NCBI GenBank assembly: GCA_965226535.1
Contig: CBDDDE010000010.1
Coordinates: 1,145,549-1,209,548 of the forward strand
DNA length: 64,000 nt
Direction: 5' to 3'
From: Dehalococcoidia bacterium
GTDB lineage: Bacteria > Chloroflexota > Dehalococcoidia > Lucifugimonadales > GCA-2712585
The position numbers were made by a program, and so were the translations under genes. Of the stretch, positions 9,915 through 19,705 are shown piece by piece (position 1 is the first letter of the stretch; each line of letters begins with the position of its first letter). The notes under the pieces were generated by a model. It was given only the letters and a program-made list of their open reading frames with translations, was not told where the DNA came from and ran no database searches.

Positions 9915-11186
9915 ATGAGCTTAATTCATAACAACACAGTATTGGATAACGGCCTTCGCGTTCTTACCACTACGATGCCACAGACCTATTCAGTGTCCAT
10001 GGCCATCTTAGTGGGGGCCGGCTCTCGTTACGAGAGCGATGAGACGGCGGGGTCAACCCACTTTCTTGAGCACCTCCTATTCAAGGGGACCAAAAGCTGG
10101 CCCAAAGCCCAGGATATTAGCGAGGCTATTGAGGGTGTGGGCGGAGTGATGAACGCCAGCACGGACCGGGAGATTACTATCTATTGGTGCAAGGTTGCAA
10201 AGCCCCACTTCAAAAAGGCCCTGTCCATTCTATTGGACATGGTTGTCAATCCTCTCCTTGATCCTGGCGAGATGGAAAAAGAGCGGCAGGTTATCCTGGA
10301 AGAGCTGAGGATGAGCAACGATTATCCTTCCCACCGGGTGGACCTGCTCATAGATGAGATGCTGTGGCCCAATCAGCCCATGGGGAGGGATGTGGGCGGC
10401 ACCGAGGAGTCGGTTACCGGGATTACTCGCGAGAATTTGGTTGATCTCATGCGCTTCCAGTACAGCCCCGTTAACGTGGTGGTTTCCGTGGCGGGCAGCG
10501 TTTCTCACGATGAGGTGCTGGCTGAGTTGAAGCCTCCCGTAGTCGATTGGAAGCCTCGGAAGTCCCGCGCCTGGGCGCCCGTGAAGCTCGAGCAGGAAAA
10601 GTCCGCCCTGCGTATAGAATATCGCAAGAGTGAGCAGGCCCATTTATGCGTCGGCCTCCCCGGACTAGCATTGGACCATCCGGACCGTTATGCCCTGAGT
10701 CTGGTCAACATAATGCTTGGGGAAGGTATGAGCAGCCGGCTATTTCTGGAAGTGCGAGAGAGGCAGGGCCTTGCCTACGACGTCCATAGCTCCCTGAGCC
10801 AGTATCTAGACTGTGGGTCCCTGGTGGTGTACTGCGGCTCGGAGCCATCGAGAAGCCCCAAGGTGCTGGGCGCCATCATGGGCCAGCTTAGCGCCATTTG
10901 CGACGGCTTTTCGGAACGTGAGCTTGATAGGGCTCAAGAGTACTCCAAGGGTCGTATTATGCTGAGGATGGAGGATACCCGCAGCGTGGCTATGTGGCAA
11001 GGAGGCCAGGAAATATTGCTAAACAGGGTCTCAACGGTTGATGAGGTGGTAAAAGCCATTGATGCGGTGACGCTAGATGACGTTAACAGAGTGGCTGGGG
11101 ATATAGTCAAGGAGGACCGGCTGAACCTGGCCATCGTCGGACCCTTCCGCAGCGACCGCAGATTTCTCAAGCTCCTGAAGCTCTAG
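9915..11186 (+). CDS. M16 family (pitrilysin/insulinase-like) zinc peptidase
   Basis: Inverted zinc motif HxxEH (STHFLEHLLFKGT) plus a downstream Glu (ILEEL). Length is 423 aa. Confidence 0.9.
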   Translation: MSLIHNNTVLDNGLRVLTTTMPQTYSVSMAILVGAGSRYESDETAGSTHFLEHLLFKGTKSWPKAQDISEAIEGVGGVMNASTDREITIYWCKVAKPHFKKALSILLDMVVNPLLDPGEMEKERQVILEELRMSNDYPSHRVDLLIDEMLWPNQPMGRDVGGTEESVTGITRENLVDLMRFQYSPVNVVVSVAGSVSHDEVLAELKPPVVDWKPRKSRAWAPVKLEQEKSALRIEYRKSEQAHLCVGLPGLALDHPDRYALSLVNIMLGEGMSSRLFLEVRERQGLAYDVHSSLSQYLDCGSLVVYCGSEPSRSPKVLGAIMGQLSAICDGFSERELDRAQEYSKGRIMLRMEDTRSVAMWQGGQEILLNRVSTVDEVVKAIDAVTLDDVNRVAGDIVKEDRLNLAIVGPFRSDRRFLKLLKL

Positions 11187-11429
11187 CGGTTCAACTACCA
11201 TCCCCCTGGCCCTCTTCCTGACAGGAAGGGGGAAAAGAATATAAGAATATGTATGGGGACACCCTCAGGCTCCCGGCAGAGGGGCCAAGCCCGTCTGCAC
11301 TTCCCCTTTGAGGTTTGGTCTATGTGTGCATGACGTCGGCACGTGTGCCCGTTTTGTTTGGCGAGAGTTTGTAGTTCAAACCCACTGCTGCAAGACTGTT
11401 AGAGGGTATTAGAACTGACGGGTGTCGCT

Positions 11430-12971
11430 TTATCCGGCTAGGTCGCCGACGGCCTTAATTCTTATCCTAACGGCGTTGCTGGGGATGTAGGTTAAGGGTA
11501 TCTCCTCCATCTCTACCACCTCCACCGAGGTGCGCTCGGCCCCTGCCGCCACCGCCTTCTCCACCGCCTCGGCGCGAGCGTTAAACAATGCTTCATCCCG
11601 CCCCATACTGTCCAGGGAATACACCTTCTCCACCTGGCCTCCGACTTGGGCGATGGCTGCGCCGATGGCATTGGCGACCTCGGCGTGCGGTGGCCTGATA
11701 ACCTGGGTAGAGCCCTTCAAGCAGTCAGTGGCAAGAACACTTCCTCCGCCTACCAGGACTACGGGGACATCGTGCCTGCTAAGCTTCACTTGGTCGATGA
11801 CCGCCTCCAGCTTCCTTCGGATAGCGTTCAAGCCATCCTCAACAAGGCTGCGGTCCAGCCCTTTCACCGCATTGGGGTTGCCCATGTGGGCTAGGCCTCC
11901 CGCCACGGCCAGGTCGCTGGCAGTGGTGACGGTACCGCCAAAGACCCTGCTCTCGGTGGACAATCTATATCCGACACTCCGTGGGCCTATCCGCAGCGGC
12001 TCGGCCGTGACAATGCTCCCGCCGCCAAGGGGGATGGAGATTACGTCCGGCATGCGGAAGTTTGTGCGCACTTGGGCGATGGCAACCTCCACCGACGCCT
12101 CCCGTGGGAAACCGTTGACCAACGCGCCGCCGTCGGTGGAGGTGCCGCCGACATCTATGACGATACCGTCGCGGACACCGGAGAGGAAAGCGGCGCCCCT
12201 CATGCTGTTGGTGGGACCTGAAGCTATAGTGAAAACGGGGTAGCGAGTTGCAAAGCCGGAGTCCATGAGAGTGCCGTCGTTTTGACTAATAAAGAGGGGA
12301 ACATCCAGTCCCAGAGAGTAAATGGCACTTTGAATACTCGGAATAACCCTTTCCGCAGCGGCTGAAAGGGCCGCGTTCAGGGCCGCGGCGTTCTCGCGCT
12401 CTAGAATTCCCACGCGGCCAATCTCGTGGGACAAGGTGACTCGCAACTCCGGGGCGACCTGTCGGATTAGGGCGGCGGCCCGCTCCTCATGGGCGGGGTT
12501 GATGGGCGAAAAGACGCCGCTCACCGCCACGGATTGAACCCCTTTGGCGCGCATGTCTTCCACCGTGGACTTCACCTCATCCGGGTCAAAGGACGAAATC
12601 TCGCGTCCGTCAAACTCGTGACCGCCATGGGCCATGTAAGTGTGGTGGCCAATGGACTCCATCAAGGGAATGGGCCAGTCGGCCAGAGGGGGAAGCAGGG
12701 TGGTGGCAGGGAGGCATAGACGCAGCACCGCAGTGGCAGCCAGGCCCCGGCGCTCCAGAAGCGCGTTGGTAAAGTGAGTGGTGCCTAGCATGACCGCTTC
12801 CGGCCGGACACTATGCGTCCCTCCGTCCATAACCCCTTGGATGGACGCCGCAATGCCAGAAGTAACGTCCGGCGTGGTGGGGCTTTTGGCTTGGGCAATT
12901 AGGTCATTGCCGCGCATGAGCACCGCGTCAGTGTTGGTGCCGCCCACGTCTACGCCAATGCGAACTAGCAT
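11430..12971 (-). CDS. hydantoinase/oxoprolinase A-type (HyuA-like, ASKHA fold) protein
   Basis: MLVRIGVDVGGTNTDAVLM N-terminus and a second phosphate motif IVIDVGGTSTD. Length is 513 aa. Confidence 0.85.
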   Translation of the reverse strand: MLVRIGVDVGGTNTDAVLMRGNDLIAQAKSPTTPDVTSGIAASIQGVMDGGTHSVRPEAVMLGTTHFTNALLERRGLAATAVLRLCLPATTLLPPLADWPIPLMESIGHHTYMAHGGHEFDGREISSFDPDEVKSTVEDMRAKGVQSVAVSGVFSPINPAHEERAAALIRQVAPELRVTLSHEIGRVGILERENAAALNAALSAAAERVIPSIQSAIYSLGLDVPLFISQNDGTLMDSGFATRYPVFTIASGPTNSMRGAAFLSGVRDGIVIDVGGTSTDGGALVNGFPREASVEVAIAQVRTNFRMPDVISIPLGGGSIVTAEPLRIGPRSVGYRLSTESRVFGGTVTTASDLAVAGGLAHMGNPNAVKGLDRSLVEDGLNAIRRKLEAVIDQVKLSRHDVPVVLVGGGSVLATDCLKGSTQVIRPPHAEVANAIGAAIAQVGGQVEKVYSLDSMGRDEALFNARAEAVEKAVAAGAERTSVEVVEMEEIPLTYIPSNAVRIRIKAVGDLAG

Positions 12972-12986
12972 AAGAAACGTCGCCTC

Positions 12987-14057
12987 TCAGATTTCAAGGG
13001 GATTGAATTCTTGGTCGTAGCCAAAGGCTCTTGGCCCCACCACATCCAGAGCCTGGGGGCTCTTTAATAAATCGTGGGCGGGAAATCCAAGAACGGCGAC
13101 CCGGAAGCCGTAGCGCAGGAGCTCCGTTGTAATGGGGTCACCGCGCTCGATGTCAACGATGCAGATAAGGTCCGGGACAATGCAGACGACGTCTCCATCG
13201 ATGGTGGCGACAAGGTTTTCGTTTTGGAACTCGATGGACATCTGCCCGTCGGCGAAGGGACCCAGGCCGTCGATGACAACTTTGCCTCTGGCGAAACCCG
13301 CGGTGGTGCGGCGTTCTACGTCGGATATCTTGCCCTGAAACAGGACCTTTCCCGGATATACCTCCATGATGGCTCCAATTGGGTCTTCATGCTTTGTCTG
13401 TGCCTGCCTAACGGCGCTGCCCAATTTTAGGGCCAGGGATAGGGTGTGGGGCACGGCGGTGCGGCGCACCTGGTCAGCGCTCATGGGGGCCAATGCGTAG
13501 CAGGCAATGCACCCCATTTGAATGGTGACGGCGCGGGCCATGCGCTCCATCCAATTGGCGCTGATAGCCTTGGGAAAGATGGCTGTGTTTCCCTTTTCAT
13601 CGGCTAGGGCCACCGGCGCCCAGGGCACTCCGTAGATAAAAAAGGTTTTCATTTGAAGCTCAGGAAACGCCCGACCCATGCTGTCGGCGTCGACAATGGG
13701 TAGACCGGCAATGGACGCGGGAATGATGGGCTCAAGGGAGTTGCTGCCGCCCATCTCGTTGGAAATGAGGGCCGTTGCCTTCTCGCCCACATAGCTTTCC
13801 AGCTCTCGAAGGGCGTAGTAGGCTTGCAGGTCGCGAATCTTCTCTATTCCCACGGTGGGCGCACCGATGCCGCCGACGCATACCACCCGCGCGTCCTCGT
13901 CCAGCTCTTCGGGAGACAAAACGTCAACAGGGGCGTAGCGGCGCATGGCCTCGCGGGCCCTCAGCATTCCAACGTAGGGGTTACCGCCTCCGCCGGTGCC
14001 CAGGATTCCCGCGCCGGTGGCGATGGACTTCAGGTCATTTTCGGTAAGGCGCCACAT
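12987..14057 (-). CDS. DUF917-family protein
   Basis: The N-terminus LKSIATGAGILGTGGGGNPY and the overall 356-aa layout recall DUF917. It lies 15 nt upstream of the HyuA-like gene on the same strand. Confidence 0.7.
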   Translation of the reverse strand: MWRLTENDLKSIATGAGILGTGGGGNPYVGMLRAREAMRRYAPVDVLSPEELDEDARVVCVGGIGAPTVGIEKIRDLQAYYALRELESYVGEKATALISNEMGGSNSLEPIIPASIAGLPIVDADSMGRAFPELQMKTFFIYGVPWAPVALADEKGNTAIFPKAISANWMERMARAVTIQMGCIACYALAPMSADQVRRTAVPHTLSLALKLGSAVRQAQTKHEDPIGAIMEVYPGKVLFQGKISDVERRTTAGFARGKVVIDGLGPFADGQMSIEFQNENLVATIDGDVVCIVPDLICIVDIERGDPITTELLRYGFRVAVLGFPAHDLLKSPQALDVVGPRAFGYDQEFNPLEI

Positions 14058-14274
14058 ATCTCCTCCTGACTAATCCACAAGCCACAGACATACCACGACG
14101 GTCGGACTTGGGTTTATCTTTCCGTCTAGGCATGCCGTAGTGCCTTTTTGCCCATGGGCAAAAGGACTGAAAAACTGAGCTGCGGCGAGCTTTGGCATGA
14201 AGCTACCGGGGAGTGCTTCGGCGACGTGAACCTCTACAGTCCATCCCGTTCCGGGCCACGTGAGGCAAATTCCG

Positions 14275-15093
14275 TCAGTAGTAGACCGAGTTCCCCACGC
14301 CGCCGCCCGCGGCTATAACCTCACCTGTAACGGCCCATGCCTTGTCGGAGGCCAGGTACGCGGCGAGGAACCCCACCTCCGAGGCGTCCACCATGCGGCA
14401 GATGGCGTTGCCGCTGGAGGAACCTGGGGCAAAGTCTCGGCGTTCCACTTCCTCCGCATCCACGCCGGCCGCTTGGGCTCGCTGGGCCAACATACGCGGA
14501 GTCCGCTCGGTGCGGGTGGTCCCCGGATGGATACAGTTGACGGTTATGCCGTGCGGGCCGAGGTAGTTTGAGAGGGTCTTGGTCAGGTGAACCATGGAGA
14601 CGTTCCGTGCACCGCCGCTTAGGTTCCCCGCCGCTCGAGCGTTGCCGCCGCTGATGTTGATGATTCTGCCCCAGCCCGCCTCCTTTAGGAAGGGTATTGC
14701 GGCTCGGGCGCACCGCAGCGCCCCAACGTACTTGACGTCAAAGTCCTTTAAGAGGTCTGCATCGTCCACAGTTTCGATGGGGCCTATGGCCGTGGGCGAG
14801 CCGCCGGGCAACGACGCGCTGTTTACCAGAATGTGGAGGCCTCCCAGCTTCTGCGCCGCCTCAGCCACTCCCTTGTCTACTTGGTCTCTGATGGTCACGT
14901 CAAAGGCCAGTGGGACAACCTGTTGCCCCGTGGCGGTGGCAATTTCTTGCGCCGTAGCGTCAAGTTCGCCGCGCGTTCGAGAGACTATGGCTACGTCGAC
15001 CCCCTCTCTCGCCAGCTCAAAGGCAATGGCCTTGCCTATGCCGCGTCCTCCCCCTGCTACCAGTGCTTTCTTTCCCTTTAGTCCTAGGTCCAT
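14275..15093 (-). CDS. SDR family oxidoreductase
   Basis: KKALVAGGGRGIGKAIA (TGxxxGxG-like) and an NSAS block. Length is 272 aa. Confidence 0.9.
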   Translation of the reverse strand: MDLGLKGKKALVAGGGRGIGKAIAFELAREGVDVAIVSRTRGELDATAQEIATATGQQVVPLAFDVTIRDQVDKGVAEAAQKLGGLHILVNSASLPGGSPTAIGPIETVDDADLLKDFDVKYVGALRCARAAIPFLKEAGWGRIINISGGNARAAGNLSGGARNVSMVHLTKTLSNYLGPHGITVNCIHPGTTRTERTPRMLAQRAQAAGVDAEEVERRDFAPGSSSGNAICRMVDASEVGFLAAYLASDKAWAVTGEVIAAGGGVGNSVYY

Positions 15094-15203
15094 TGCTATT
15101 CCTTCCTTATCCGGCGATATTCAAAATGGGCTGCCAATTGCGAGATTGACAAGTCTTTTCCTTGGCCATAGGATTAGGCGGACTATACCAGAGGAGGCAC
15201 TTT

Positions 15204-16148
15204 ATGACTACAGTAATGGGCAGTGGCACTTTGACGTTTGAGGTGGCGGAAGGATGGGCCAAGCTGCCTGAAGGCTGGTCCCTAAAGGAGTGCCCCGACG
15301 TGGCCGTGGATAGCAAGGACAGGGTGTATGCCTTTACCAGGGGCGATCACCCGGTAATTGTCTTTGACCGGGACGGGAACTTCCTTTCGTCCTGGGGAGA
15401 GGGAGTCTTCGGCAACGCACACGGAATTTGCATTGGCCCCGACGACTCTGTTTACTGCGTTGACAATGGGGACCATACCGTTAGAAAGTTCAGCACCGAT
15501 GGCGAGCTTCTCATGACCCTGGGCACCAAGGACAAGCCATCTCCGCGATATAGCGGTGAGGCATTCAACCTCCCCACGGGCTTGGCCGTATCCAACAGTA
15601 CCGGGGACCTTTTTGTATCGGACGGGTACGGGAACGCGAGTATCCACAAGTACAGCGCCGAGGGGCAGCACATAATGTCCTGGGGGTCTTCAGGCATAGA
15701 TGAGGGCCAATTTGTCATCCCTCACAACATCGCTACCGACAAGGACGACAACGTATACGTAGCGGACCGGGAATGCCACCGTGTTCAGGTCTTCGACTCC
15801 AACGGGAAGCTCCAGGCCATCTGGAACGATATCTGGAAGCCTTCGGGCATCAGGGTTGGCGTGGACCAGAACGTCTATATTGCCGAGCTACTTGCCGACG
15901 CCTACTACTCGGACGCGCCCAACGTGGGTCACCGGGTCAGTATTTTCAACCAATCGGGGAAGCTTTTGGGGCGTCTCGGAGACCCGAAGGCGGGCGAAGG
16001 AGCCGGTGAGTTCGTAAGTCCCCACGGCATTTGCCTGGACTCAGGGGGCGATATCTACGTTGGCGAGGTGTCCTGGACTATGATGGGCCGCGGCCTAGAC
16101 CCGCCCCGTGAGATGCGCAGCCTGCAGAAGCTGGTTAGAAAGGGCTAG
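15204..16148 (+). CDS. NHL-repeat six-bladed beta-propeller protein
   Basis: Repeated ...G.F..PHGI..D..G.IYV.D... blades. Start moved to the ATG at 15204 (GAGGAGG sits 6 nt upstream). Paralog of 42108..43001. Confidence 0.75.
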   Translation: MTTVMGSGTLTFEVAEGWAKLPEGWSLKECPDVAVDSKDRVYAFTRGDHPVIVFDRDGNFLSSWGEGVFGNAHGICIGPDDSVYCVDNGDHTVRKFSTDGELLMTLGTKDKPSPRYSGEAFNLPTGLAVSNSTGDLFVSDGYGNASIHKYSAEGQHIMSWGSSGIDEGQFVIPHNIATDKDDNVYVADRECHRVQVFDSNGKLQAIWNDIWKPSGIRVGVDQNVYIAELLADAYYSDAPNVGHRVSIFNQSGKLLGRLGDPKAGEGAGEFVSPHGICLDSGGDIYVGEVSWTMMGRGLDPPREMRSLQKLVRKG

Positions 16149-16172
16149 GCGACCGAAGGGACGGGGGTAGCG

Positions 16173-17186
16173 TCAGTTTCTCAGAACTGATTCCACGATT
16201 TCTTGAACTCTTAGCCCTGCCGCAAAATCGGGCAGCGTGTGGGGGTCGGCCCTAAGCATGCTGGATACCGCGTCGAGTTGGCTGGGACCTTGCCATTTGC
16301 CCAGCGGTACATCCTCCCAGCCCGTTTTCGTGGAGGCCTGCACCTGACCCCAGTTGACGACCCTATAGGAACGACTGCTGCCATGAAGAGTCCACTGGGT
16401 GAGGTCCGCAACTGAGTTGTCCACCCGTCCCTCAACGTGAATGGGGACCCTCCCGCTGGTCAAGGTGGCATTTACGCTGGTTTCCGAAAGCTCCCGATCA
16501 TTGGGGTACACCACGGAGGAGCTTGTAACGACGGGGGTATCAAACAGGCGGCAGGTTAGGTAAGCAAAATGGGAGAAGACCTCCCGGATAAAGCCACCCT
16601 CCGCCCTACCGCTGAGCCATCTGCCGGCCTTCTGCCAACTCCGGGGCCACTGGGAGAAATGGAACTTCATTTCTATCTTCACCGGTTCACCCAGTTGACC
16701 GCTGTCCATGGCATCCCTAATGGCGTGATACACGGACCCGGTGGCAAAGCCAAAATTGACAGCGTTGGGCACAACCAAGGACTTGGCCGTCTGCACCAGC
16801 CGCCGGCCCTCCTGTAGGTCAACGGACATAGGCTTTTCGCATAGGACTGCCTTGTGGTTCTCCATTGCCATTTCAGCGTATCCAACGTGGGTGGTCGGTG
16901 GGGTGGCGATGTAGACTAGGTCCAGGTCTTCAAAGGACATAAGTTCCTCGGCGCTTCCAGGCACTTGCATGTTGGGGAACTCGGCCAATACTTGCTGTCG
17001 CCGCGCCACGCTCAAGTCCCAGACGTACCGGACTTCGAAGTCCGGGTGGGCATTCATGGATGCCAGCATGCGGCTCCCCATGATCCCCAGGCCAATTATT
17101 CCTACTTTGTGGGAGGTATCGCTTCCAGGTAGGGTTTTGGCAGACTCACTTTGTCCTTGTGTCAAAGCTGTTGGGACCTCCGCCAT
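16173..17186 (-). CDS. Gfo/Idh/MocA family oxidoreductase
   Basis: KVGIIGLGIMGSRM Rossmann N-terminus and an EKP motif (LCEKPMS). Confidence 0.85.
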   Translation of the reverse strand: MAEVPTALTQGQSESAKTLPGSDTSHKVGIIGLGIMGSRMLASMNAHPDFEVRYVWDLSVARRQQVLAEFPNMQVPGSAEELMSFEDLDLVYIATPPTTHVGYAEMAMENHKAVLCEKPMSVDLQEGRRLVQTAKSLVVPNAVNFGFATGSVYHAIRDAMDSGQLGEPVKIEMKFHFSQWPRSWQKAGRWLSGRAEGGFIREVFSHFAYLTCRLFDTPVVTSSSVVYPNDRELSETSVNATLTSGRVPIHVEGRVDNSVADLTQWTLHGSSRSYRVVNWGQVQASTKTGWEDVPLGKWQGPSQLDAVSSMLRADPHTLPDFAAGLRVQEIVESVLRN

Positions 17187-17926
17187 TCCTGATAGCGGGC
17201 CTCAAGTTCAGGCGGAAGATCTCCGTGAACCTCATTAACGGAGTAGCCCTCTTCCAGAAGCATACGTGTGAAGGTTTCCTCCACTTCCTGGGCTATAGAG
17301 GCTTCAATGACTTTCTCAGCGATGGCTTGAGGGCAGACCACAACGCCATCGTCGTCGCCAACAAGAAGGTCGCCGGGATATACCGTAACGTTGCCGCAAT
17401 CCACCGGAAGCTGAACGTCCATGGCCCAGTGCTCGGCGATATGCCCGTAGCCATGTGGGGCGCGGACAAAGACGGGGAAATCCTGGTCCCTCAAATAGGG
17501 GACGTCACGGATGGCGCCGTCCGTCACGAGGGCAGAGGCGCCAAGGTATTCCATACGAGCTACTAGCCGGTCGCCAAAGATGCCAGCTTGAACGTTTCCT
17601 CGAGCGCTGACCACCAGAACGTCTCCAGGGCCCACGGACTCGACGGCTACGTGCTCGGCGTACAGGTGTCGCACCTCCAGCGGGATGGGGAATAGGGGGT
17701 GGTCTTCCCTGCGAGGTAGATATCGAAGGGTGTAGGCCCTGCCGGCAAAAACAGCCCCGGCCTTTAGGGGCAATACGCCGGCCATGTAGACAAATCTAAA
17801 GCCACGTTTGTTCAGCTCCCCCGATATTGTGGCGGAACTAGCCTTCTTTGCCCTCTCCATGAACTCAGCAGAAAGGACTTTCTTTGGCGGCAGCAGGCTT
17901 GAGCCGCCGTTGTTTTCGGATTCCAT
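17162..17926 (-). CDS. RraA-family protein (4-hydroxy-4-methyl-2-oxoglutarate aldolase-like)
   Basis: GDVLVVSARGNVQAGIFGDRLVARMEYLGASALVTDGAIRD is the RraA/aldolase core pattern. Confidence 0.75.
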   Translation of the reverse strand: MESENNGGSSLLPPKKVLSAEFMERAKKASSATISGELNKRGFRFVYMAGVLPLKAGAVFAGRAYTLRYLPRREDHPLFPIPLEVRHLYAEHVAVESVGPGDVLVVSARGNVQAGIFGDRLVARMEYLGASALVTDGAIRDVPYLRDQDFPVFVRAPHGYGHIAEHWAMDVQLPVDCGNVTVYPGDLLVGDDDGVVVCPQAIAEKVIEASIAQEVEETFTRMLLEEGYSVNEVHGDLPPELEARYQEWRRSQQL

Positions 17927-17955
17927 CTACATCCTCCTTAAGGGTATTATCCGGT

Positions 17956-18573
17956 CTACTGCCATTGATCTCCCCAGCGGTCTCGGAAGGTAACCTCCTC
18001 GACAGACCGGCGTTTGGTAGGCCCGTACCTTGTGCCGTCGGCCATGTAGCCGATGGGCAGGAGAGCCGCGGTTTCAACGTTGGCGGGAATTCCCAACAAC
18101 TCCTTTATCTCATCCTCAAAGCCCTTGTGAAGTGTGGTAAGGGCGCTTCCCAGGCCGAGGCCACGAGCGGCCAGTAGTATGTTCTGTACGGCGGGATATA
18201 TAGACGCGCCCCGGCCCATGGTGGTTGGAGTGCCTTGGTGCTGGATGCACGCCAGAATAAGCGCCGGCGCTTGGTGCATGTGCTCTGCCAGGTGTGTGGC
18301 GGAGCGCCTCACGCTGGGAGCGAGGGATGGCCCTGAAGCGGCGTCTCCGTAGACGTTTTCCCACGATCGCTTATAAAACTCGCCGATGCGCCGCTTTAGC
18401 TCAGAGTCGCGAATAATAATGAACTTCCACGGTTGACTGTTTCCACCACTTGGGGCCTTGACGGCGGCCTTCACCAGTTCCAGAAGCGTCTCCTCCGGTA
18501 CGGGGTCCGGCTTCAGGTAACGTATGGCCCTTTGACTGTACAGGGCCTCAAACAGACCGATGTCTCTGCTCAT
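17956..18573 (-). CDS. nitroreductase family protein
   Basis: RAIRYLKPDPVPEETLLELVKAAVKAPSGGNSQPWKFIII. Confidence 0.85.
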   Translation of the reverse strand: MSRDIGLFEALYSQRAIRYLKPDPVPEETLLELVKAAVKAPSGGNSQPWKFIIIRDSELKRRIGEFYKRSWENVYGDAASGPSLAPSVRRSATHLAEHMHQAPALILACIQHQGTPTTMGRGASIYPAVQNILLAARGLGLGSALTTLHKGFEDEIKELLGIPANVETAALLPIGYMADGTRYGPTKRRSVEEVTFRDRWGDQWQ

Positions 18574-18645
18574 TTCACCTTCTCGGCAGGGCTACGGAGT
18601 GGGCAATAGATACGGATGTATTGTGGCGTTTCCAAGGCCCTGCTC

Positions 18646-19488
18646 TCAATTCCTCGGGACACCAAGGCCGAATTTATTGGTGACGTCCAGGGTATTCATA
18701 GTTTCGTGAACTACGCGGGCTATGTCAACGACGAATTGACGCTGCTGAAGGGCGTCTACCATGCCGAACTTGGACATTATGGCCACTGCGTAGGGAATTC
18801 TGGGAAGAAACACGATTCCGGCGTCACACTGGACCCGCTCCATACCGCCGGGTTTGTTGGCCACCGGAACGCTGGGAGGGACGGCTCGGTTCAGGGGACC
18901 GTCCTTGGGCTTTCTTAGAATCTCCAGGCAGGTCTGGGCTACTTTGGCCGAAGGTTGGCCGCGGTGCAGGGCTAATAGCATGGCGACACATTCAGCGGGG
19001 GTGGCCACGTTTTCCCGGTTTTGAGCTATGGCGTCGGCGTCCTGCATTTTCCGTTGAAGGGTGGTGGCGGACAGGCCCATGTCGCGGAGCAGCGCGTTGG
19101 TCTCCTGTATTCCCGCTACGTCGATGCAGAGGTTGGTGGCCGTATTGTCGGAAACCACAATCATCAGAACGGCTAGGTCGTGGAGGGTAAGCTCAACGTC
19201 CCTGTCCAACTGGGAGAGGATGCCGCTGCCGGGCACGTGCATGTCCGGGGTAATGCGAATCCTACGCCCCATGTCCACCTCGCCTCGCTCGGCCCGCAAT
19301 AGCAGTTGGGTGAGGACGTGTATCTTGATGGTTGAGGCGGTGGGGAACTCCTCGTCTGCATTTAACGCGATGCAATGTTTTCCACTGACGGCACTGACAC
19401 AGACGCCCGCCACGCCGGGAAACTGTTCCACCATAAGGGCGATCCGGCGTTCCAGCCCTTGCCACATCAGTTCAGCACTCATCAGCAT
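18646..19488 (-). CDS. class A beta-lactamase-related serine hydrolase
   Basis: SxxK (ASTIK), SDN (VSDNTATN) and a KTG-like (NKPGG) motif. ORF 18646..19617 trimmed to the ATG at 19488, which is preceded by GGGAGGG. Confidence 0.75.
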   Translation of the reverse strand: MLMSAELMWQGLERRIALMVEQFPGVAGVCVSAVSGKHCIALNADEEFPTASTIKIHVLTQLLLRAERGEVDMGRRIRITPDMHVPGSGILSQLDRDVELTLHDLAVLMIVVSDNTATNLCIDVAGIQETNALLRDMGLSATTLQRKMQDADAIAQNRENVATPAECVAMLLALHRGQPSAKVAQTCLEILRKPKDGPLNRAVPPSVPVANKPGGMERVQCDAGIVFLPRIPYAVAIMSKFGMVDALQQRQFVVDIARVVHETMNTLDVTNKFGLGVPRN

Positions 19489-19705
19489 ACCCTCCCTAGG
19501 AACGACAACCTCTTCAGGACTTACCCATGATATTAGCACAAAAAATGTTGGTTGGTTGACACCGGGGTTCGGGCGTCTTATCTGCCCGTCCGAGACGGGC
19601 CGTTCCGGTTTGCCCATTGGGCAAGCCAGGGTCCAAATGCTGTTATAATCGCCGAGGATTCAATCTTCCATAAACTTCTAATGATTCTTGTGCAGAGGAG
19701 ACGTT

